Below the pieces are notes generated by a model. It was not told the DNA's origin. It did not search any database and saw nothing but the letters and a program-made list of their open reading frames with translations. From Candidatus Levyibacteriota bacterium (GTDB lineage Bacteria > Patescibacteriota > Microgenomatia > Levybacterales > UBA12049): a stretch of DNA of 64,000 nucleotides. The DNA lies in NCBI GenBank assembly GCA_016186645.1, contig JACPLF010000010.1:10269-74268 (forward strand), written 5' to 3'. A program made the position numbers and the translations under genes. Below are positions 36,002 to 44,955 of the stretch, piece by piece; the first letter of the stretch is position 1; each line of letters starts with the position of its first letter.

Positions 36002-36205
36002 CGGTCTACCGATATTTTGTCTTCCTGTTATTCCTGATGTTTCAACTCTGTTTCTCGTCCCTTCTCTCAAGACATATCTTCTTAGATGGGTTAAAGTGCG
36101 CACAGATCTTACTTGTGGATTAACAACAGGTTTTTTAAGCCATTCATGTGGATGGTCGTAGGGTCTAATTGCTTGAGGAGTAAGACTTGTTTCTATGCGA
36201 TTCAT
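35990..36205 (-). CDS. Hypothetical Arg-rich small protein; downstream half of a possibly interrupted about 144-aa ORF
   Basis: 71 aa; same frame as 36209..36424, separated only by TAA + ATT. Confidence 0.25.
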   Translation of the reverse strand: MNRIETSLTPQAIRPYDHPHEWLKKPVVNPQVRSVRTLTHLRRYVLREGTRNRVETSGITGRQNIGRPLAR

Positions 36206-36208
36206 AAT

Positions 36209-36424
36209 TTATTTTTGTGTTGTAGGTTTATTCAAAGCACTATCAACTCTATTAAGAAGTCTTGCGGGAACAAATTGCACGCCGCCTACATCTTGCACGT
36301 AAGGCTTTAATGCTTCATGTAATGGTGGTTTTGTTGGTATCCAGGGACCGAAACAGGCTTCCGAAATATTGCCTAAGACACGGCTAGCTTCTTGACCCCC
36401 GATGAAGCCTACTTCTTTCTTCAT
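36209..36424 (-). CDS. Hypothetical small protein; upstream half of a possibly interrupted ORF
   Basis: 71 aa: MKKEVGFIGGQEASRVLGNISEACFGPWIPTKPP...; no recognised motif. Confidence 0.25.
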   Translation of the reverse strand: MKKEVGFIGGQEASRVLGNISEACFGPWIPTKPPLHEALKPYVQDVGGVQFVPARLLNRVDSALNKPTTQK

Positions 36425-36488
36425 AACAAAAGCTTATAAGATAGTATCAGACTTAGCTTGACAGGTTTCTGACTTTAAGCTGACAGTT

Positions 36489-36506
36489 TTGTAATCTAGA
36501 TTACAA
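36489..36506. promoter_or_regulatory. Perfect 18-bp palindrome TTGTAATCTAGATTACAA upstream of the aspS promoter
   Basis: Read directly; shares the TCTAGA core with the palindrome at 32275. Followed by AGCTTGTCAAGA and a TACAAT -10-like box before aspS. Confidence 0.5.
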
Positions 36507-36572
36507 AACAAGCGTAATTAATCTCACCAGCTTGTCAAGATCAAAAAACTAATATACAATGTTATCTATTAA

Positions 36573-37910
36573 ATGTCAAACCGTACATTAATTTCGGAAA
36601 CAGTTGATTGTGTGGGGAAAATAGTAGCTGTTGAAGGCTGGATTCATTTACGCCGCGATCATGGTAAACTTATTTTTCTAAGCTTTAGAGATAGATCGGG
36701 ATTCCTTCAAATAGTCGTAAATGCGAAGGAATCTTCAAGCGCTTATGAGACTGCAAAAAAAGTACGGCCTGAATTTGCGGTTAAAGTAATTGGTCTTGTT
36801 AAAAAGAGGCCGGAAAACGCGGTTGATAAGAATTCAGTTGCAGGCTCAGTTGAGCTTGAAGCTCAGAAAATTAGTATCTTATCCAAAGCAGAAGTTTTGC
36901 CTTTTGATATGGGAGGAAAAGACCTTAATCTGGAACTTCCGACTCTTTTAGATCATCGCGGTTTAAGCTTGCGGCATCAAAAAGTAGCTGCAATTTTTAA
37001 AGTCCAGGAGACAGTTATAGATTCTTTCAGAATTGCATGTAAGAAAAAAGACTTCACGGAATTCCAGTCTCCGGTAATTGTTCCACAAGGCGCGGAAGGC
37101 GGATCCGAAGTTTTTGAAATAAAATATTTTGACCATAAGGCTTACCTTTCTCAAAGTCCGCAATTCTATAAGCAAATCATGGTTGGAGTGTTCGAGCGGG
37201 TTTTTACCGTGAATAAAACAATGAGAGCCGAACCGTCGGTAACAACAAGACACCTAACAGAAGTAACAACTCTTGATGCGGAATTTGGTTTTATTGACAG
37301 TTGGCTTGATCTCATAGATATGGCAGAATATGTTATTAAGTTTATGATAGATAGCGTAAGTAAGCAAAATTTAGATGTCCTTAAAATGTATAACGCAACA
37401 TCTCCAAAAATCTCGGCAAAAATTCCAAGAATAAAATTACGTGAAGCACAAGAAATTATTTTTAAGCGTACAGGCCGCGACAACAGGCAAGATCCTGATC
37501 TTAGTCCGGAAGATGAGCGGGAAATTTGCAGATGGTCTCTTGAGGAAAAGAATTCGGACCTAGTTTTTGTTACCCACTATCCTGTTTCGAAAAGACCATT
37601 TTATACTTTGGAAGATCCCAAGGACAAAGGTTATACATTGAGTTTTGATTTAATCGGGCGGGGAACAGAATGGATGACCGGAGGACAAAGAATAAATGAT
37701 TACAAAAAATTGACAGAGAATGCAAGAAAAAGAGGAATAGATCTAAAAAAAAGCGAAATTTACCTGCAGGCTTTTAGATATGGCATGCCGAGTGAGGGCG
37801 GATTCTCTTTTGGGAGTGAAAGAATCACAATGCATATTTTGGGACTTCAAAATGTTCGGGAAGCGAGTCTTTTCCCAAGAGACATGGAGCGGGTAGATGA
37901 AAGGCTATAA
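36573..37910 (+). CDS. aspS: Aspartyl-tRNA synthetase, archaeal/eukaryotic-type class IIb (AsnRS not fully excluded)
   Basis: N-terminal OB fold. QSPQFYKQ, motif 2 MRAEPSVTTRHLTEVTTLDAEF, motif 3 GGFSFGSERITMHILGL. 445 aa. Confidence 0.65.
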   Translation: MSNRTLISETVDCVGKIVAVEGWIHLRRDHGKLIFLSFRDRSGFLQIVVNAKESSSAYETAKKVRPEFAVKVIGLVKKRPENAVDKNSVAGSVELEAQKISILSKAEVLPFDMGGKDLNLELPTLLDHRGLSLRHQKVAAIFKVQETVIDSFRIACKKKDFTEFQSPVIVPQGAEGGSEVFEIKYFDHKAYLSQSPQFYKQIMVGVFERVFTVNKTMRAEPSVTTRHLTEVTTLDAEFGFIDSWLDLIDMAEYVIKFMIDSVSKQNLDVLKMYNATSPKISAKIPRIKLREAQEIIFKRTGRDNRQDPDLSPEDEREICRWSLEEKNSDLVFVTHYPVSKRPFYTLEDPKDKGYTLSFDLIGRGTEWMTGGQRINDYKKLTENARKRGIDLKKSEIYLQAFRYGMPSEGGFSFGSERITMHILGLQNVREASLFPRDMERVDERL

Positions 37911-38811
37911 AAGGCCACTATTATACTTCTTTCTTTTTGTATGCCTTTCTTTTTTGGTTACTTTTGCTATTTTTGATTTATTTTTAAGATATTACATCTT
38001 CGACAAAAAAATAGAAGAAGTTCCGCTTACTATTTCGAATACTCTATATCCTGTTTTCAAATCGGAAATAAATCCTGACACAACGGCCAAAGCTGTAGTA
38101 GTATTGGATGATGAATCTAAAGTTTTACTTTTTTCAAAAAATCCTAATCTATTATTTTCTATGGCATCAACCACAAAAATTATGACAGCTTTAGTTGCAT
38201 TAGATTATTACAAAATGGATGATGTTTTGATAATAAAGACAGAAAATGTGGAAGGAGTTAATATAGGATTTAAAGTAGGAGAAAAATTGAATTTCGTAGA
38301 TGTTCTGTATGCTATGCTTCTTCCATCCGGCAATGACGCGGCCTTAGCTTTGGCTAAAAATTATCCGGGAGGAGAAGGAGAATTTGTAAAGAAAATGAAT
38401 GAAAAAGCCAAGTTCCTAAACCTTACTAATACTAATTTTGCAGATCCAATCGGACTTGAGGACAGCCGGGATTATACAACTCCGTTGGACTTGGCTAGGC
38501 TCGCATCAGCAGCTTTAGAAAATAAAATCTTTTCAAATGTTGTTGGAACAAGAACGATAGAAATATCAGATATATCAGGGGAAAATAAATATTTATTGAG
38601 GAATCTAAATAAACTGTTGGGGGTTAGTGGCGTTGATGGGGTGAAGACTGGACATACAACAGAGGCTGGTCAAGTTTTGGTCACTTCCAAAAAAGAGGGA
38701 AGTCATCGGATAATAATTGTAGTAATGGATAGTCAAGATAGATTTTCCGATACGGAAAAATTACTGAATTTGATATCGGGGAATATTAATTATTTATCCA
38801 TTCATCCCTAA
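37897..38811 (+). CDS. D-alanyl-D-alanine carboxypeptidase (peptidase S11, PBP5-like)
   Basis: SxxK SMASTTK, SxN LPSGNDAA, KTG GVKTGHT; N-terminal TM/signal. Confidence 0.8.
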   Translation: MKGYKRPLLYFFLFVCLSFLVTFAIFDLFLRYYIFDKKIEEVPLTISNTLYPVFKSEINPDTTAKAVVVLDDESKVLLFSKNPNLLFSMASTTKIMTALVALDYYKMDDVLIIKTENVEGVNIGFKVGEKLNFVDVLYAMLLPSGNDAALALAKNYPGGEGEFVKKMNEKAKFLNLTNTNFADPIGLEDSRDYTTPLDLARLASAALENKIFSNVVGTRTIEISDISGENKYLLRNLNKLLGVSGVDGVKTGHTTEAGQVLVTSKKEGSHRIIIVVMDSQDRFSDTEKLLNLISGNINYLSIHP

Positions 38812-39826
38812 CAGCAGATACGTAAGCGACAAAATCATTGTCTCCCTCAAATATAACAACCGGCATGAGGAATTCCTGTTCTAACTCTCCCGCATAATAT
38901 CCCAAAGACACTTTTTTGATAGCAACTTCGACCACATCAATCGATTTGGATGCAACAAAACCTTTTCCTTGTTTCAACTCGTCAAATGCTGTTGCTGCAG
39001 ATTTTATTGCATAAGTTGATGATTCGTTGGAGGTATTTTTGTGGAAATACGCTGCGCTTATAACCTTTAATCCATTGCTTGTTTTTCCGATGAAAAGATC
39101 AATGGTCGATGCTACACCTTTGTCATAATAAATTGGCAATCCGTCAATATCCTTTTGAAAGAAATTTACTCTAATTATTTTGGCACCAGCGATTTTGGAT
39201 GTTGGGACAAGAATTCCTGCCTCTACTGCATACAAAGAAGTTTTTGTTTTGTCTTCGTCAAGGTCTTCTGTAAAAAGAGACATATCTTCAAGAAAAGATT
39301 TGGCTGTATCAATAGCGTTGTCTTTCTCACTAGAGCTAGTAAGGGTTTGTAGGAAGGGCGTTGTTAAGAATAGTGAAGAGACCGTAAAGTCTGAGGAAAA
39401 AATATTAATTGTTATCCTTCTTTGCAAATCAGATCCTGGATCCGTCCACCGATATACGTCTTGGGCAATCTGAGTTTCTTGAGAAGTAAAGTCTACATTT
39501 GAAACTTTTTCTCGCGTTTTATCAAGTCCTAGTAGAGTTGGTTGGTCAGGATTTATCTTATACACAATTGCTCTGTCAGAAAAATTTGGAAGAAAACCGG
39601 TAAGGGTATTTAACGTATAGGTTATAGCTTCTTTCTGTTTTACAGGAAAAGGAATTGGCAGCAATTTTCCGAAAGAAGCCGTCGGTGGCGGAGGCGGAAC
39701 AAACAGGTCTTTAATAAATGTCAAAGACCTTATGCCGAGCAAAAAAAGAAAAATTATAAAAAGAAGTATTCCCGTCCATCTTAGGATTGTTTGTGTTTCC
39801 TTCTTGGCTTTATTTAAAGTAGGCAT
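38786..39826 (-). CDS. Hypothetical membrane-anchored protein with poly-Pro linker and extracytoplasmic domain
   Basis: Track ORF 38786..40237 trimmed to the internal Met (MPTLNKAKK...) at 39826; the upstream part overlaps gltX. TM GILLFIIFLFLLG then PPPPP. Confidence 0.45.
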   Translation of the reverse strand: MPTLNKAKKETQTILRWTGILLFIIFLFLLGIRSLTFIKDLFVPPPPPTASFGKLLPIPFPVKQKEAITYTLNTLTGFLPNFSDRAIVYKINPDQPTLLGLDKTREKVSNVDFTSQETQIAQDVYRWTDPGSDLQRRITINIFSSDFTVSSLFLTTPFLQTLTSSSEKDNAIDTAKSFLEDMSLFTEDLDEDKTKTSLYAVEAGILVPTSKIAGAKIIRVNFFQKDIDGLPIYYDKGVASTIDLFIGKTSNGLKVISAAYFHKNTSNESSTYAIKSAATAFDELKQGKGFVASKSIDVVEVAIKKVSLGYYAGELEQEFLMPVVIFEGDNDFVAYVSAVRDEWINN

Positions 39827-39862
39827 GTCTTGAGTATAAAGAATACTTAATGTACAATCAAG

Positions 39863-41287
39863 ATGATGGTAAGAGTTAGAATTGCGCCAAGCCCCACAGG
39901 GTATCCGCATATTGGGACTATCTTTCAGGCACTTATCAATTATGCCATTGCCAAAAATGCAAAGCCGCAAGGGAAATTTATAGTTCGTATCGAAGACACT
40001 GATAGGACACGATTCGTAGAAGGTGCAGAAGAAAAGATTTATGAAGCGCTTGATTGGTTTAATCTTACAGAAGATGAAAGCCCACGGAGACGTAGAGAAG
40101 GCGATTATGGTCCGTATCGACAGTCGGAAAAGCTTGAGATATATCAAGAAAGAGCGCAATGGCTGGTTGACCATGGTAAGGCATACTATTGTTTTTGTAC
40201 GCCAGAAGAGCTCGATACAATGCGTAAAAAGCAACAACTTGAAGGTAAATCTCCCATGTATAATCGGACTTGTCGGGATTTAGATCCAAAAAAAGCTGCA
40301 GAAAGGGCAAAGAAAGAGCCTCATGTAATCAGAATGAGAATTATCTATGGTGGAGCCATCCTAAAAATACATGATGACATTAGGGGAGACATCGAGTTTA
40401 AAAAAGATCTCATTGATGACCAGGTAATTCTCAAGTCAGATGAGTTTCCCACCTATCACTTAGCAGTTGTTGTAGATGACCACGACATGAAGATTACCCA
40501 TGTGGTGCGGGGAGAAGAATGGATAAGTTCTACACCAAAGCATGTTTTGCTGTATCAATATTTTGGATGGAATCCACCAAGTTTCGGTTCCGTTAAGAGT
40601 GGGTTTGTAGTTTTGCACACTCCATTACTGAGAAATCCTGATGGTTCCAAGCTAAGCAAACGTCATGGTCACGCGGCAGTTAGCTGGTACAAGGAACAGG
40701 GATTCTTGCCAGAAGCAATATTAAATTATTTAGCAAGTCTCGTTTATAACTATCCCAAAGGAGAGATCTTTTCACTCGGTGATTTTGTGGATTCTTTTGA
40801 CAGAACGAAAATTCATTCGGTAGGAGCCCGTTTTGATTTAACAAAGCTTAAGTGGATGAATGGTGAGCATATAAGAATGATGGACAATAAAACTTTAAAA
40901 ATTGCACTTGCTGATTTTTATAAAGACGATTTAGAAATTATTAAATTTTTGGAAAGCGAAGAGTCCTTAAAAATTCTTGATCTTGCAAAAACCAGAATGA
41001 AGACACTTAAGGATTTCAAAAATCTTGTTATTCCGACAAAACCAGAACTTTCAAATGAAGAAAAAAATGTTGCAAAAACTTTGTTGGAAAATTTTTCTAA
41101 AATTGATAGCTGGACTAAGGAAGCAATTCTTTCCGCAATGCGAGAAACTTTAAATGTCCATAAAGCAAAGGGGAGCGTTCTGTATAAAATTGCGACAGGA
41201 TACGAATCAGGATTACCTTTGCCTGATTCTTTAGAAATTTTGGGAAAAGAAAAGGCAATCGAGCGAATTAAAAAATCTTCAGAATAG
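39863..41287 (+). CDS. gltX: Glutamyl-tRNA synthetase
   Basis: HIGH motif PSPTGYPHIGT; KMSKS KLSKRHG; class I. Confidence 0.9.
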   Translation: MMVRVRIAPSPTGYPHIGTIFQALINYAIAKNAKPQGKFIVRIEDTDRTRFVEGAEEKIYEALDWFNLTEDESPRRRREGDYGPYRQSEKLEIYQERAQWLVDHGKAYYCFCTPEELDTMRKKQQLEGKSPMYNRTCRDLDPKKAAERAKKEPHVIRMRIIYGGAILKIHDDIRGDIEFKKDLIDDQVILKSDEFPTYHLAVVVDDHDMKITHVVRGEEWISSTPKHVLLYQYFGWNPPSFGSVKSGFVVLHTPLLRNPDGSKLSKRHGHAAVSWYKEQGFLPEAILNYLASLVYNYPKGEIFSLGDFVDSFDRTKIHSVGARFDLTKLKWMNGEHIRMMDNKTLKIALADFYKDDLEIIKFLESEESLKILDLAKTRMKTLKDFKNLVIPTKPELSNEEKNVAKTLLENFSKIDSWTKEAILSAMRETLNVHKAKGSVLYKIATGYESGLPLPDSLEILGKEKAIERIKKSSE

Positions 41288-41288
41288 T

Positions 41289-41888
41289 ATGAATGGTTTT
41301 GCGAAAGCTGTATCTTTTTTCTTAGGTCCAATATTTATTTTGCTCCCCATCCCTTTTATTTTGGTTGCGAAATTTACTAAGGATTATTCTTATGCTTTAA
41401 AATGGACAGTATTTTCTTACGCTTTTATTTTAGCTGTTGCCGTTTTTGTAATTATAGGAGTATTGTTGGGAGTTTTTTCTAATTTTGACGTTTCCAAAAG
41501 AGAACAACGCCCGATTCTTTTTTCATTCTGCGCATTTGCTGCATTTTGCTATGTCTTATCGCTCTATATTCTTGATGGACCAAAAATTCTTTTTATCGGA
41601 TTTTTTGCAATTATCTTAGGATTAATAGCTATAATAATTATTAACAAATGGGTAAAAGCAAGCATACATGTGGCAACTGCCACATCTGTTCTACTATTTA
41701 TAGGGATTGTTTATAAAGGATATTATTTTTTATTTCTTTCTCTTATTCCTCTTCTTGCATGGGCTCGTATCAAAACAAAAGAACACACACCAATGGAAAC
41801 TGTAATTGGAAGTATTTTAGGAATCGTGATAACATTAATTGTGTATGTTGTTAGTAAGCAATTTTTGTTGGGAATGATTTATAATTAG
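41289..41888 (+). CDS. Polytopic membrane protein, PAP2-like phosphatase with degenerate motifs
   Basis: KREQRP, SIH, ARIKTKEHTPME approximate the PAP2 KxxxxxxRP / PSGH / SRxxxxxHxxxD motifs. Adjacent to dgkA. Confidence 0.4.
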   Translation: MNGFAKAVSFFLGPIFILLPIPFILVAKFTKDYSYALKWTVFSYAFILAVAVFVIIGVLLGVFSNFDVSKREQRPILFSFCAFAAFCYVLSLYILDGPKILFIGFFAIILGLIAIIIINKWVKASIHVATATSVLLFIGIVYKGYYFLFLSLIPLLAWARIKTKEHTPMETVIGSILGIVITLIVYVVSKQFLLGMIYN

Positions 41889-41891
41889 ACT

Positions 41892-42266
41892 ATGAGTATG
41901 GTTTACAATAGATCGCTAATAAAATCTTTTGGATATTCGTTGGAAGGAGTTTGGCATGCATTGAAAAATAACCGCAATTTACGCATTACTTTTTTTCTTG
42001 CCTCAATTGTAATCTTAGTAGGTTTATATTTTCATGTTACTTCTTTTGAAATGGTTCTTTTGGTAATAGCTATTTTGCTTGTAATTTTATCGGAAATGAT
42101 AAATACGGCAATAGAGGAGATGGTAAACCTTATTACATTTGAACACAGGAAAGAAGCAAAAATCGCAAAAGATGTCGCAGCGGGAATGGTTTTGGTTGCA
42201 GCTGTGGGATCTGTAATTATCGGTCTTTTGATATTTACCCCTTATATTTTAAAGTTATTTAAATAG
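41892..42266 (+). CDS. dgkA: Diacylglycerol/undecaprenol kinase
   Basis: EMINTAIEEMVNLIT..HRKEAKIAKDVAAGMVLVAAVGS matches the prokaryotic DAGK family; 3 TM. Confidence 0.75.
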   Translation: MSMVYNRSLIKSFGYSLEGVWHALKNNRNLRITFFLASIVILVGLYFHVTSFEMVLLVIAILLVILSEMINTAIEEMVNLITFEHRKEAKIAKDVAAGMVLVAAVGSVIIGLLIFTPYILKLFK

Positions 42267-42812
42267 AGAAAACGCAGAAACGAGAAGAAATATCCCTGTT
42301 ATATTCAAAACCAAGGATAGCAGAACAAATTGATAAGTTTTTATTTGAGTTAGCCCCATCAAGCTTATTCCTAATTCATCCGGGAATGGGGATGCAATAA
42401 TAATAGCGCCAACTATAGGCAGGCTCCATCTGAAATATTTATGATGCATTAATTCTGTCACATGCCCTCCTCCTAATTTGTTATAAATCGGTGTTATTTC
42501 GCCAATTAAGTTGCCTTTGAAAAAACGAAAAAGAACAAAATTTGCCACAACCGCACCCAGCCCTGCGAATGTCGCTATTTCTAATGCAGATAAAGTTTTT
42601 GATAAGCCCAAAAGAAGAAGCACTCCGAATACGACTGTAGAAGCTGAAACATAGAGTATCCCTGCAATAAAAGAGCCAAATATGGGAATACTGCGGGAAA
42701 CATCAGAAATATTTTGATTCAGGGATTCATCTCCGGAAAAGAATATCGTAATTAAGATACTGATTGCGATAAGAGTCAGCCCTTTATATTTATATTCCCT
42801 AAACCTTTTCAC
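42255..42812 (-). CDS. Hypothetical polytopic membrane protein
   Basis: 185 aa, 5-6 hydrophobic helices; no motif recognised. Confidence 0.4.
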   Translation of the reverse strand: MKRFREYKYKGLTLIAISILITIFFSGDESLNQNISDVSRSIPIFGSFIAGILYVSASTVVFGVLLLLGLSKTLSALEIATFAGLGAVVANFVLFRFFKGNLIGEITPIYNKLGGGHVTELMHHKYFRWSLPIVGAIIIASPFPDELGISLMGLTQIKTYQFVLLSLVLNITGIFLLVSAFSLFK

Positions 42813-43090
42813 CTATCCAGTATAGCATTAATTAGCGTCTCTTTTTGAGTGTGGGATAATTTTTTGAGTTCTGCTTCCCGTTTTAAAGCTTGTGAAAGAG
42901 CGGGGTGGGTTTCGCTATAAACCAATTTAAATGATTTGAAAGAGCGCATGTATTTTGCGGATTTACTTGTTTTATTTTTGTGTTCTTTTAATCTTTTCTC
43001 TAAATTATTTGTCTGTCCTGTATAAAAAGTATTTGAAGATGTCCGAAGAATGTAAACGGTGTAATTCATCCTTTCATTATACCCATTCAA
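42809..43090 (-). CDS. GIY-YIG nuclease family protein (UPF0213/YhbQ-like)
   Basis: YTVYILRTSSNTFYTGQTNNLEKRLKEH is the GIY-YIG core. Confidence 0.65.
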   Translation of the reverse strand: MNGYNERMNYTVYILRTSSNTFYTGQTNNLEKRLKEHKNKTSKSAKYMRSFKSFKLVYSETHPALSQALKREAELKKLSHTQKETLINAILDR

Positions 43091-43123
43091 TCCTCCTTCG
43101 CCAAGGCTACGGAAGGATTTCGC

Positions 43124-44347
43124 CTACTGCTCAATAAATGTTAATGCGATTCCTTTCTTATCTGCTCTGCCTGTGCGTCCGATTCTATGGACATAGACTT
43201 CGTATGATTCAGGCATATCGTAATTAATAACATGGCTAACATCTGGGATATCAAGTCCACGGGATGCTACGTCTGTTCCCAAAAGTATATTAATCTCGTT
43301 TGATTTAAAAGCTTCCAGAGTTTTCTGGCGCTGATTTTGTCTTTTGTTTCCATGAATTGCTCCCGCTTTAAATCCGCGTCTGATTAGCTCTTCTGTTAAT
43401 TTTTGCACGCCCCATTTTGTCCGTCCAAAAATAAGAACTTTTTCAAAACCAGGCTGTCTTAAAAGATCATGTAATTTATCAACCTTATTTTGTCCCGGAG
43501 CAACTCTGATAATTTCCTGTTCAATTCCTTCTGCAGTTTCCTGCTTTTTAACAGAAACCGTAATGGGGTTTCTGACAAAATTTTGCAAAATCTCTTTTAC
43601 TTTTCCTGAGATTGTTGCTGAGAAAAAAAGAGATTGTCTCACTTGCGGCATTAGAGAAATAAAATATTTAATGTCTTTGATAAACCCAATATCGACCATT
43701 CGGTCTGCTTCGTCCAAAACAACATTGTGGAATTCTGACAAATTTAAAATTCTGGTTTCAATAATATCTTTCAGTCTTCCGGGAGTCCCAATTACAAAAT
43801 GGGGTTTCTGTCTGAGCTGGGAGATTTGCTTGCCCATACTGACTCCTCCAATGCAAAGTGCAGTGTAAATACCTAATCCTCTGGCAAATCCGCGCAATTC
43901 ATCGTGGATTTGGAGAACCAACTCGTGAGTTGGGGCAACAATTAGCACTCTCTCCAATTTATTTCTGAAAACTTTATCGGCTAAAGGAATTAAAAAAGCA
44001 GCAGTTTTACCTGTACCCGTGTTGGCAATACCAATTACATCCCGCCCTTCAATTATGGAATGCATTATTCTATCTTGAATTGGAGTAGGCGTTGTATAGC
44101 CTTTGAGTTTAATATTCTCCAAAACAAGAGGTGATATTTTAAAATCTTCAAATTTATTTGTTGGAATGTATTCAGCATCGGGCTGTGTTTGTTTAATTTC
44201 GTTGAGAGCTTTAGTTGTCGCAATCGCAGCAATTAACTCCGCCTTTGGCATTGTTCTTTGGGGGAATTTCCTGAAACCCCTATTAAAACCGCGTCCATTG
44301 TTTTTTCTTGGATTTCCTCCAGGATGGGTAAATCTACGTTTATCCAT
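43124..44347 (-). CDS. DEAD-box ATP-dependent RNA helicase
   Basis: Q-motif, GTGKTAAF, DEAD (VLDEADRM), SAT, HRIGRTGR; Arg/Gly-rich N-terminus. Confidence 0.85.
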   Translation of the reverse strand: MDKRRFTHPGGNPRKNNGRGFNRGFRKFPQRTMPKAELIAAIATTKALNEIKQTQPDAEYIPTNKFEDFKISPLVLENIKLKGYTTPTPIQDRIMHSIIEGRDVIGIANTGTGKTAAFLIPLADKVFRNKLERVLIVAPTHELVLQIHDELRGFARGLGIYTALCIGGVSMGKQISQLRQKPHFVIGTPGRLKDIIETRILNLSEFHNVVLDEADRMVDIGFIKDIKYFISLMPQVRQSLFFSATISGKVKEILQNFVRNPITVSVKKQETAEGIEQEIIRVAPGQNKVDKLHDLLRQPGFEKVLIFGRTKWGVQKLTEELIRRGFKAGAIHGNKRQNQRQKTLEAFKSNEINILLGTDVASRGLDIPDVSHVINYDMPESYEVYVHRIGRTGRADKKGIALTFIEQ

Positions 44348-44449
44348 AAATTGAAGCTATGAGTAGGGGAAAAGATGCGAGCCTACTGCCTAGACTTATA
44401 CCCTATATTATACCAGAAATCGCTTTAAAAGTCAATTAAGCTTTGTAGA

Positions 44450-44710
44450 TTAAGCTTTGTAGATTGTTGTTCCGCTCTTTACAGCTTGGTCTACCTTAAT
44501 AGCCACTTCCTCATTCTTTTTTCCCGAAGTCACTGGCTTATGATCAAGCTGCATTGACTCTATGGTTTGCTCAAAAGACGCATCATTTTTTGTAAATTTG
44601 ACTTTATCTTCCACTTTTAAAGCCTTTTCAAGTTTTACTACTGCGACTCCTATTTTATCGTAGTAGTGAATGACCTTGCCAACCAAATCCTTTTTATTCA
44701 TCACTCTCAC
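44450..44710 (-). CDS. Hypothetical small protein (beta-barrel-like)
   Basis: 86 aa: KVIHYYDKIGVAVVKLEKALKVEDKVKF... Confidence 0.4.
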   Translation of the reverse strand: MRVMNKKDLVGKVIHYYDKIGVAVVKLEKALKVEDKVKFTKNDASFEQTIESMQLDHKPVTSGKKNEEVAIKVDQAVKSGTTIYKA

Positions 44711-44734
44711 CCCCTTCTAGAAGTTCTTTCCGAT

Positions 44735-44900
44735 CCCCAGCCTTGGCGGGGGAGGAATTAGAACTTCTTAAACCCGCCGCTAAAGCGCTCTTTGCAGCGT
44801 GTATGAATAATACTGACCTGCCCGCAATGCTACGCATAAGCGTTGCAGGCGGGAAAGCTGCAAAGCAAGCTTAGGCGGGTCTCACCAAATCTTTTCCAAC
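44735..44900. other. GC-rich structured intergenic region between divergent genes (candidate leader/ncRNA)
   Basis: GGCGGG...CCCGCC hairpin, complementary CTTTGCAGC/GCTGCAAAG segments, CCTGCCCGCAA...TTGCAGGCGGG. GC far above the flanking DNA. Confidence 0.25.
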
Positions 44901-44955
44901 AGCATCTTCACTTTAGTACTATATAATTCATGTGTCAATAGTATAATATGAGTCT

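Noticed and set aside
38786-40237. 483-aa minus-strand ORF as given in the track
   Set aside because: The first about 138 codons overlap gltX antisense and are compositionally odd. An internal Met followed by a TM gives a coherent protein 38786..39826 instead.
44432-44460. 15-bp tandem duplication TAAGCTTTGTAGAT x2 overlapping the 3' end of the 44450 gene
   Set aside because: Single duplication, no further copies seen; probably a trivial local duplication.
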